Source: a virus (lineage: Duplodnaviria > Caudoviricetes). Taken from it: a stretch of 31,780 nt of DNA. The position numbers and the translations under genes are program-made. Below are positions 24,622 to 31,780 of the stretch, piece after piece. The DNA lies in IMG/VR virus record IMGVR_UViG_3300017777_000502, positions 1 through 31,780 of that record. One strand, written 5' to 3'. Position 1 is the first letter of the stretch; every line of letters starts with the position of its first letter. The notes beneath the pieces are model-generated. The model was not told the origin of the DNA and did no database searches. It saw only the letters and a program-made list of their open reading frames with translations.

Positions 24622-25307
24622 TCCCGATCTGCATTGCGACTGTGCATGGCAAGGGTCTGGGGGTGCTGCTGGAGAGCATTCGGCAGTATGCACCAGAGCA
24701 TCCTGTCTACCTGCATGGGCCTGAGTCGGTCATTAAGAAGTTTGACGCAACCCTCAAGATCTTTGGCCAGCCCAGCAATTTTGGCGATGATTACAACTAC
24801 ATCATCAGGAGGGCGCTGCAAGACTATGACCAGTGCCTGGTGGCCAATGATGACATTGTGCTGACGCCTGACAGCATCAAGGTGCTGCTGGAAGATGTGG
24901 GCATCATCAACAGCATGAGCAGCGTGCGTGCTGGGTGGGTCGCGTCACGCAGTGATGCGGCGCGGCCATGCCAAAACGTGCGGATTACTGGAAAGCCGGA
25001 GCCTTTGCACTTTTTCAAATTCCCGTCTGAGGCCCACATCAAGATGGTCGAGGAAGTCAGCCCGATCTTGGCCCACATCAGCAAAGAGGCATTTGGCGAG
25101 GGATTCCCTCCGCTGAATTGGTACAGCGATGATGTCCACTGCCGGGATTTGGTGGAGCGCGGGTACAGCCACTTTGTCAGTGCCAGCTATGTGCATCACA
25201 TCGGCAGCCACACCATTGGCTTTGATGCCAAAAAACTGCATGACCAGGCGCTGCCATGGTTGCAGACTCACAGACCCGAGTATGCCAAGGCGTGGTTTGA
25301 CGTTTGA
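24618..25307 (+). CDS. Glycosyltransferase, GT-A fold (GT2-like)
   Basis: NFGDDYN, CLVANDDIVL (DxD-like), WYSDDVHC and YVHHIGSHT. Confidence 0.7.
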   Translation: MIPICIATVHGKGLGVLLESIRQYAPEHPVYLHGPESVIKKFDATLKIFGQPSNFGDDYNYIIRRALQDYDQCLVANDDIVLTPDSIKVLLEDVGIINSMSSVRAGWVASRSDAARPCQNVRITGKPEPLHFFKFPSEAHIKMVEEVSPILAHISKEAFGEGFPPLNWYSDDVHCRDLVERGYSHFVSASYVHHIGSHTIGFDAKKLHDQALPWLQTHRPEYAKAWFDV

Positions 25308-25349
25308 AGATTAAAATTGCGGCAGTACGGTTTACCTAAAGGCACGGCC

Positions 25350-27554
25350 ATGAACGACATGAACATCAGCACCGACATTGCGGCCAAGACCCAAATGGAT
25401 GATGCGGAATTGCAAAGCATCATCACGCAAGACCTGACCGATGCGGTCAGCTACATCGACAGCGACCTCTCGCCAACACGGGCCAAGGGGACCGAGTATT
25501 ACCGGGGCGACCTGTTTGGCAACGAGGTCGAGGGCAACAGCAAGGTGGTGGCCATGGAGGTGCGGGATACCGTGTCGGCCATGCTGCCCAGCCTGATGAG
25601 GGTTTTCTTCAGCAGTGAGAATGTGGTCGAGTTTGTACCCCGTGGGCCTGAAGATGTGCAGTCTGCAAAGCAGGCGACAGATTACGCCAACTACATTTTC
25701 CAAAACGACAACAATGGGTTTTTGACCAGTTACGCAATTTTCAAAGATGCCCTGGTGCGTAAATGCGGCATTGCCAAGTTCTGGTGGGAGGACGATGAGA
25801 AGGTCAGCATTGACGAGTACACAGGGCTGGATGACCAGACCCTTGAGATTTTGATGCAAGAGCCTGACGCAGAGGTCAAGATTGTGGTGTCTTACCCAGA
25901 CCCCAACGTGGATGAGATGCAGATGACCACGGTAGACCCGGCTACTGGCCAGCCAATCACCATGCCTGCGCCGATGATCCATGATGTGCAGATCAAGCGC
26001 ATAAGCAAGGATGGCATGATTCGCATCATGGCTGTGCCGCCAGAGGAATTGCTGCTGGACAGACGCGCCCGGTCCTTTGATGACGCATCCATCATTGCGC
26101 ATCGGCAGATGGCCACGGTGGCCGACCTGATCGCCATGGGGTATGACCAAGAGGAGATTGAAGAAAACATTTCCAGCACCGACCTCGACAGCAATGACGA
26201 GTATCTGGCACGGCAGCCGCTGTCCACCACGTTTGGTGCCAATGACGCAGCTAACCCGATGATGCGCAGGGTGCTGTACATCGAGGCGTATTCTCGGGTG
26301 GACTATGACGGGGATGGCATTGCTGAACTGCGCAAAGTTTGCTGCATGGGCAGCGGTTACCAGGTGGTGCGCAATTTGCCGGCAAGTTACATCCCATTTG
26401 CAGATTTTCCATGTGACCCCGAGCCACACACAAGCCCACTTGAGGCGATGTCCATTTTTGACATCACCCGCGACCTGCAAGAGATCAAGTCGGAAATCTT
26501 GCGCAACACCTTGGACAGCTTGGCGCAAAGCATTCACCCTCGCACGGCAGTGGTCGAGGGCCAAGTCAACATTGATGATGTGCTGAACAACGAAACGGGT
26601 GCCATCATTCGGATGCGTGCACCCGGCATGGTGCAGCCCTTGACAACGCCATTTGTTGGCCAGGCTGCATTCCCGATGATGGAGTACATGGACCAGATCA
26701 AAGAAGATCGCACAGGCATGAGCAAGGCGGCCATGGGCCTGAATGCCGATGCCTTGCAATCCAGCACCAAGGCGGCGGTCAATGCCACCATCAGTGCCAG
26801 CCAAGGCCGCATTGAGTTGACTGCACGCATCTTGGCCGAGGGCATGAAGAAGCTGTTCAAGGGCATCTTGTTCTTGGTGACAACGCACCAAGACAAAGAG
26901 CGCATGGTGCGCCTGCGCAACGAGTGGGTGGCCATCGACCCGCGGCACTGGAATGCAGGCATGGACGCCAGCATCAACATCGGCCTGGGCAATGGCGACA
27001 CCAACGAGCGACTGCAAGCCTTGATGATGATTATGGCCAAGCAAGAGCAGATCTTGCAGCAGCTTGGCCCACAGAATCCGCTGGTGACCCCGCAGCAGTT
27101 CAGCCACACGCTGCGCAAGATCGTGGAGTTGTCTGGGTTTCGGGATGCGTCTAGCTTCTTCCAAGACATCCCTGCCGACTATGTGCCACCAGCACCACCA
27201 GCACCCAAGCCCAGCCCCGAAGAGATTTTGGCGCAAGTGCAGGCCGAGAGCATCAAGGCCGACATCCAGAAAAAGGCGGCAGACTTGGAATTGCAGCGTC
27301 AGCAGATGATCATGGATGACGATTTGAAGCGTGACCAGATGGCCCAAGACCTGTATCTCAAGAAGTATGAAATTGAGTTAAAGTACAACTCACAGATCAG
27401 CACAGCGGAAATTGACGCTGCGCAAAACATTGATCGTGAAGCGATACGCCAGCAGGCGGCACTGGCCCAGCAGCAGGCAGCACAGTTTGTGCAGCAGCCG
27501 CAGCCGATGCAGCCGATGGCGTCACCCATCAACCTTAATGGAATCGCACAGTGA
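25350..27554 (+). CDS. Portal protein (P22-like)
   Basis: About 735 aa, downstream of terL. Contains EYYRG, FKDALVRKCGI, PF..F...P.PH and RTGMSKAAMGL, ending in a Gln-rich helical barrel. Confidence 0.9.
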   Translation: MNDMNISTDIAAKTQMDDAELQSIITQDLTDAVSYIDSDLSPTRAKGTEYYRGDLFGNEVEGNSKVVAMEVRDTVSAMLPSLMRVFFSSENVVEFVPRGPEDVQSAKQATDYANYIFQNDNNGFLTSYAIFKDALVRKCGIAKFWWEDDEKVSIDEYTGLDDQTLEILMQEPDAEVKIVVSYPDPNVDEMQMTTVDPATGQPITMPAPMIHDVQIKRISKDGMIRIMAVPPEELLLDRRARSFDDASIIAHRQMATVADLIAMGYDQEEIEENISSTDLDSNDEYLARQPLSTTFGANDAANPMMRRVLYIEAYSRVDYDGDGIAELRKVCCMGSGYQVVRNLPASYIPFADFPCDPEPHTSPLEAMSIFDITRDLQEIKSEILRNTLDSLAQSIHPRTAVVEGQVNIDDVLNNETGAIIRMRAPGMVQPLTTPFVGQAAFPMMEYMDQIKEDRTGMSKAAMGLNADALQSSTKAAVNATISASQGRIELTARILAEGMKKLFKGILFLVTTHQDKERMVRLRNEWVAIDPRHWNAGMDASINIGLGNGDTNERLQALMMIMAKQEQILQQLGPQNPLVTPQQFSHTLRKIVELSGFRDASSFFQDIPADYVPPAPPAPKPSPEEILAQVQAESIKADIQKKAADLELQRQQMIMDDDLKRDQMAQDLYLKKYEIELKYNSQISTAEIDAAQNIDREAIRQQAALAQQQAAQFVQQPQPMQPMASPINLNGIAQ

Positions 27555-27811
27555 CCAACGAAGACCAAGTACGCAAGGGCCGCAAGGCCCAGCAGATTCT
27601 TGAGGATGACACCTTGAGCAATGCAATTGTGAAATTAGAAAACGACCAGCTTTGGCTGTTTCGATCCTCGAAACCCGAAGAGTCGGCAAAACGTGAAACG
27701 GCGTGGTGTATGTTGCAGGCCATTGATGGCTTGCGACAAGAGTTAATCAAAGTCATGGACAATGGCAAGATTGCTCAGAAGTCCATTGATCGTTCACCTA
27801 AACTGATTTAA
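27551..27811 (+). CDS. Small hypothetical protein between portal and scaffold
   Basis: GTGA overlap; helical protein in a slot commonly occupied in podoviral head operons. Confidence 0.75.
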   Translation: MTNEDQVRKGRKAQQILEDDTLSNAIVKLENDQLWLFRSSKPEESAKRETAWCMLQAIDGLRQELIKVMDNGKIAQKSIDRSPKLI

Positions 27812-27815
27812 GACT

Positions 27816-28796
27816 ATGGCAGAAATACAAGCAATTAATGTGGCCGATGCGGCCACTGCTATCTCGGCAATGATGGCCCCTGAAGAAGGACAAGCACAAG
27901 TTGACGAGACGCAGCCAGCCGAGGTGTCCGATGAGGACACCGAGGTAGCGGCCTCTGAGGATGATGACTCTGGTGTGGAAGACGCGCCAGATGATGAATC
28001 CGCAGAGGAACAGTCCGAGGAGAGTGAGGAATCCGAGGAGCAAGAACAGCCACAGACTTTTACCGTCAAAGTTGACGGCAAAGAAGTCGATGTGACGCTG
28101 GACGAGCTTCAAAAGGGTTACTCACGCACCCAGGACTACACCCGAAAAACGCAGCAGATTGCCGAGGTGCGAAAGCAAGTCGAGCAAGAAACGCAGGCAG
28201 TTCGGGCCGAGCGTCAACAGTACGCTCAGTTGTTGGGAGCATTGCAAGCACAACTTCAGGTATCAGAGCCGCAGGTCGATTTGGAACGTCTTTACAACGA
28301 AGACCCAATCGAATGGGTGCGGCAAAAGGAAGTCTTGCGGGAGCGACAGGAAAAGGCATACGCTATTCAGGCCGAACAGCAACGCCTTTCTTATGTCAGC
28401 CAGCAAGAGCAGCAGCGTGCCATGGAGGAACATCTTGAAAGCCAAAAAGATGCCCTGTTGGCTGCACTGCCGGAATGGAAAGACCCCAAGAAGGCCAAAG
28501 CTGAAAAGGCTTTGGTGTTGGAGTCTGCCAAGTCGGTGGGCTTTTCCGATGAAGACCTGAAGAGCGTTTACGACCACAGGCTGGTGCTGTTGCTGCGCAA
28601 AGCGGCGATGTACGACCAGATGGTGAGTAAGCGCCAGGGCATCAAGCCTGTGGTGAACAATGGCCCACGACCTGCCAAGCCTGGGGCAGCGGGTCGAGTT
28701 TCGACAACTACTGAGAGTACGAGGGCAAAGCAGCGTCTTGCAAAAACTGGCCGTGTCGATGATGCGGCCTCTGCAATTGAACTTTTACTGAGGTAA
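27816..28796 (+). CDS. Capsid scaffolding protein
   Basis: Very acidic N-terminus, VKVDGKEVDVTLDELQKGYSRTQDYTRKTQ motif, coiled coil; directly before the MCP. Confidence 0.85.
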   Translation: MAEIQAINVADAATAISAMMAPEEGQAQVDETQPAEVSDEDTEVAASEDDDSGVEDAPDDESAEEQSEESEESEEQEQPQTFTVKVDGKEVDVTLDELQKGYSRTQDYTRKTQQIAEVRKQVEQETQAVRAERQQYAQLLGALQAQLQVSEPQVDLERLYNEDPIEWVRQKEVLRERQEKAYAIQAEQQRLSYVSQQEQQRAMEEHLESQKDALLAALPEWKDPKKAKAEKALVLESAKSVGFSDEDLKSVYDHRLVLLLRKAAMYDQMVSKRQGIKPVVNNGPRPAKPGAAGRVSTTTESTRAKQRLAKTGRVDDAASAIELLLR

Positions 28797-28800
28797 TCAA

Positions 28801-29766
28801 ATGGCAATCGTAGCAAACACGTTCACGACCTACTCTGCAAAGGGTATTCGTGAAGACCTTTCCAATGTGATCACAAACATTGCACCCGAAGAAACGCCTT
28901 TTATGTCCAACATTGGACGCGAAAGCGTGTCTAACACTCTGTTTGAATTCCAAACAGATACGCTTGCAGCCGCTGCTGCCAATGCCCAACTTGAAGGTGA
29001 TGATGTTGGCACTTTTGATTCTGTCGTTGCCACTGTGCGCGTGCAGAACTATTGCCAGATCAGCCGCAAGACTATTGTTTTGTCAGCTACTGAAGAAGTG
29101 GTGAACAAGGCAGGCCGCCGAAGCGAACTGGCTTACCAGATCGCCAAGCGTGGCTCTGAGTTGAAGCGTGACCAAGAGTTCATCATGCTGTCCAACACGG
29201 GTGCAGTTGCTGGTGACTCGACCACTGCGCGTAAGACGGGTTCTTTGACGGCCTTCTTGAAGACCAACATCGACTTTGACACCACCAACGGCGCAAGCCC
29301 GACTTACACCACTTTGCCATCCACTGCCCGTACTGATGGCACTGTGCGCACCTTCACTGAAACCATTCTCAAGAATGTGATTCAGAAAGTGTGGACTGCT
29401 GGTGGTACTCCGAAAATCCTGATGGTTGGCCCTGTCAACAAGCAGCGCGTTTCTGGTTTCACTGGCATTGCATCTTCACGTTTCAACATTGATGGCGGCG
29501 CAAAGCCTGCCACATTGATCGGCGCAGTTGATATTTATGTCTCTGACTTCGGCAATGTGTCTGTGATTGCCAACCGATTCCAACGTGAACGTGATGCGTT
29601 TGTGCTTGACCCTGACTACGCCAAGATGACCGTGCTGCGTCCTTACCAGCAGATCGAACTGGCCAAAACAGGCGATGCCGACAAGCGCATGTTGTTGGTT
29701 GAATTTGGCTTGAAGGTGTTGGCAGAAAATGCCCATGGTCTGGCAGCAGACTTGGTTACTTCTTGA
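28801..29766 (+). CDS. Major capsid protein (DUF5309/SU10-like)
   Basis: REDLSNVITNIAPEETPF, EGDD, NYCQI..K, ELKRDQE, SDFG and LAKTGD. GAGGT RBS, followed by a terminator. Confidence 0.92.
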   Translation: MAIVANTFTTYSAKGIREDLSNVITNIAPEETPFMSNIGRESVSNTLFEFQTDTLAAAAANAQLEGDDVGTFDSVVATVRVQNYCQISRKTIVLSATEEVVNKAGRRSELAYQIAKRGSELKRDQEFIMLSNTGAVAGDSTTARKTGSLTAFLKTNIDFDTTNGASPTYTTLPSTARTDGTVRTFTETILKNVIQKVWTAGGTPKILMVGPVNKQRVSGFTGIASSRFNIDGGAKPATLIGAVDIYVSDFGNVSVIANRFQRERDAFVLDPDYAKMTVLRPYQQIELAKTGDADKRMLLVEFGLKVLAENAHGLAADLVTS

Positions 29767-29780
29767 TTTGAAATTAACGG

Positions 29781-29810
29781 AAAAGGCCAGGGTAACCTGG
29801 CCTTTTTTTT
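29781..29810 (+). terminator. Rho-independent terminator after MCP
   Basis: AAAAGGCCAGG-GTAA-CCTGGCCTTTTTTTT. Confidence 0.92.
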
Positions 29811-29813
29811 AAG

Positions 29814-30131
29814 ATGATTCACAAAAGACTATTTAGCGAAAACAAAGATCAAGGCATCAAACGCTACTGGCATGAGAATGTCGAAACAGGAGATGTGACC
29901 ATTGAGACTGAACAAGACGTTACAGCAGTGATTGAGGCCAACAAAGCCATCTACAATGCAGTTGACGAGAAAGCCAATTGGACAGGTGAATGGCACCTGG
30001 TGGCATCCATCCCTGAAGCCTTGTATTACAAGATGAAGGCCGAGGGCAAGATCGATGATCAAGAGTACATGAAGAAATGGCTCAACGATTCTGACAACCA
30101 ATTTTTTAGAACACGACCTGGGAAAGTATGA
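29814..30131 (+). CDS. Hypothetical head-operon protein
   Basis: QDVTAVIEANK...VASIP...KWLNDSDNQFFRT; ATGA overlap with the next gene. Confidence 0.75.
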   Translation: MIHKRLFSENKDQGIKRYWHENVETGDVTIETEQDVTAVIEANKAIYNAVDEKANWTGEWHLVASIPEALYYKMKAEGKIDDQEYMKKWLNDSDNQFFRTRPGKV

Positions 30132-30775
30132 GCAACTACATTGCAGTCTGCACGCCAGCGCGGGACATGGTTCATACCATGTACAGCTATGACTTGGTGA
30201 ACATGGTGGCGTATCACACGCTGAACACTGAAGACGCTGTGAGCCTCAAGATCAGCCAAGGCACCCTGATTGCCAACCAGAGGGCAGAGTTGTCACTGGA
30301 CGCGATGCAAGAGGGTTGCAGCCACATCCTGTTCATTGACTCCGACATGAGATTCCCGCAGGACATGATCGGGCGGCTTTTAAAGCATGACCTCGACATT
30401 GTGGCCACCAACTGCGCCCGGCGTAGAATGCCCACTGGTCCGACAGCGCAACTGTACAAAGAGAACGGTGACCGTGAACTGGTCTGGACCATGCCAGAGT
30501 CCACAGGACTACAAGAGGTGGGATCTGTGGGGATGGGCGTGATGCTGATCAAGGCCAATGTCTTTGCGGCGCTGGCCGAGCCTTGGTTCGAAACGCCTTG
30601 GCGCATGGACAAAAGAGGCTACATTGGCGAGGACGTTTTTTTCTGCCAAAAAGCAGCGGCTGCTGGCTTTAAAATATGGATTGATCACGATGTCTCTAAA
30701 GAGATTGGACACATCGGGACTTTTGAATTCAAGCATGACCACACCTGGGTGATGAAAGAAATAAAGGCAATCTGA
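30128..30775 (+). CDS. Glycosyltransferase, GT-A fold (GT2-like)
   Basis: IAVCTPAR, IANQR, HILFIDSDM (DxD), GMGVMLIK..VF, GEDVFFC and IGHIG. Confidence 0.75.
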   Translation: MSNYIAVCTPARDMVHTMYSYDLVNMVAYHTLNTEDAVSLKISQGTLIANQRAELSLDAMQEGCSHILFIDSDMRFPQDMIGRLLKHDLDIVATNCARRRMPTGPTAQLYKENGDRELVWTMPESTGLQEVGSVGMGVMLIKANVFAALAEPWFETPWRMDKRGYIGEDVFFCQKAAAAGFKIWIDHDVSKEIGHIGTFEFKHDHTWVMKEIKAI

Positions 30776-31398
30776 TGGCGCTGACAACCTACACAGAATT
30801 GAAGGCATCGATTGCAGACTGGCTGAATCGTACAGATTTGACCACCACCATCCCTGACTTCATCAGCTTGGCCGAGGCGCAGATTGAGCGCACCCTGCGC
30901 ACCCGGCAGATGATCGTGCGTGCCAATGCGTCATTTGATTCTGAGTATGGCGCGGTGCCTGATGACTTTTTAGAAACCAAGTCGCTGAAGCTGACCAGCA
31001 CCAACCCTTTGACACCCTTGGCATTTTTGTCAATTGATGACATGGACGCTGCACGGTCGCATTACACAGCTAGTGGGCGGCCACGGTTCTTCAGCGTGGT
31101 CGGTGGTCAATTCCGCATCAGCCCCACACCCGATGCAGCCTATACAACCGAGTTGATCTATTTTGCAAAGTTGGCAAAGTTGTCAAGCACTGTGGCCAGC
31201 AACTGGTTGTTGACCTCCAGCCCTGACATTTACTTGTATGGATCGCTGCTCCAAGCTGCGCCTTATTTGCAAGACGATGCGAGAATTCAGACATGGGCAA
31301 CGCTGTATGAGCGTGCATTGAATGACCTGCGCACAGCAGATGATCGCGGGGCATCATCTGGTGGTGCGCTGTTGACCCGAGCAAAGACTTTTGGATGA
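30775..31398 (+). CDS. Head-tail adaptor protein
   Basis: YTELKASIADWLNRTDL...IPDFISLAEA...NWLL...PDIYLYGSL pattern, located after the MCP. Confidence 0.75.
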   Translation: MALTTYTELKASIADWLNRTDLTTTIPDFISLAEAQIERTLRTRQMIVRANASFDSEYGAVPDDFLETKSLKLTSTNPLTPLAFLSIDDMDAARSHYTASGRPRFFSVVGGQFRISPTPDAAYTTELIYFAKLAKLSSTVASNWLLTSSPDIYLYGSLLQAAPYLQDDARIQTWATLYERALNDLRTADDRGASSGGALLTRAKTFG

Positions 31399-31586
31399 AT
31401 ATGATCACCACGACCAAGGGCGACATGGACGAGTCACTGCTGGAAAAGCGTGAGGGGTCTGTTGACAATGACACCGAGACAACGACCTGGGTGGAGTACT
31501 GGCTGGACGGTGAGTTGGTCCATAGGTCGGTTCACATGGTTTTAAAACGTGGCGTTTTTGCTGATGGCGAAACCCAACAAATTTAA
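31395..31586 (+). CDS. Hypothetical protein
   Basis: ATGA overlap; ITTTKGDMDESLLEK...WVEYWLDGELVHRS. Confidence 0.7.
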   Translation: MNMITTTKGDMDESLLEKREGSVDNDTETTTWVEYWLDGELVHRSVHMVLKRGVFADGETQQI

Positions 31587-31594
31587 GGATTGAT

Positions 31595-31780
31595 ATGGCA
31601 AACACTCAGGCAATGTGTACCAGCTTTAAAGGCGAATTGCTGGTCGGCCATCACAACTTTGGCACTGGTGTTATTCGTGCTGCCACCACAGCCGACACCT
31701 TCAAGGCTGCGCTGTACTTGGCATCGGCCACTGTCAACGCAGCCACCACAGCGTACAGCGCCACCAACGAGGTGTCAGGC
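31595..31780 (+). CDS. Virion structural protein (3'-truncated by window)
   Basis: AAGGA RBS. Reads MANTQAMCTSFKGELL.GHH.F...FKAALY...TTAYSATNEVSG and stays open to the window end. Confidence 0.75.
   Translation, partial: MANTQAMCTSFKGELLVGHHNFGTGVIRAATTADTFKAALYLASATVNAATTAYSATNEVSG

Noticed and set aside
25332-27347. 671-aa ORF antisense to the portal gene
   Set aside because: Shadow ORF caused by codon bias of the sense gene. It has His/Leu/Val-rich non-protein-like composition, no RBS and no motifs.
1-31780. tRNA genes, introns, inteins, stop-codon recoding or reverse transcriptase systems
   Set aside because: Core genes are uninterrupted and of normal length under the standard code. 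I saw no cloverleaf or RT motifs by eye; a covariance-model scan was not run.

Overview
The whole window is a tailed dsDNA phage genome segment with podovirus-like (P22/APSE-type) architecture, apparently circularly permuted because it starts and ends inside the late region. The order is: lysis cassette (1-1919); tail hub and ejection proteins (1936-10830); a leftward cluster of small early genes including a Mom-family DNA-modifying enzyme (10804-13334); a Cro-like HTH gene; a replication module with SSB, SNF2 helicase, DNA methylase, Cas4-like nuclease and PrimPol-VirE, followed by an iteron origin (13660-19800); VRR-NUC and terS; a non-coding cassette; terL; and the head genes (portal, scaffold, capsid) interleaved with two glycosyltransferase-like genes. 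No integrase, family-A DNA polymerase, partition gene, tRNA or CRISPR array is visible. The most striking unexplained element is directly after terS: a 28-bp XerC/XerD dif-like site (20944-20971) next to five DnaA boxes (20982-21070), so the phage carries mimics of both the host terminus and origin within 130 bp. Other highlights are a T4-holin-T-like GAF-domain membrane protein beside a second holin, a possible antisense-RNA/leader-peptide control of the primase gene, and a HiPIP-like Cys protein in the head operon. All family assignments come from motif recognition by eye; no searches were run.
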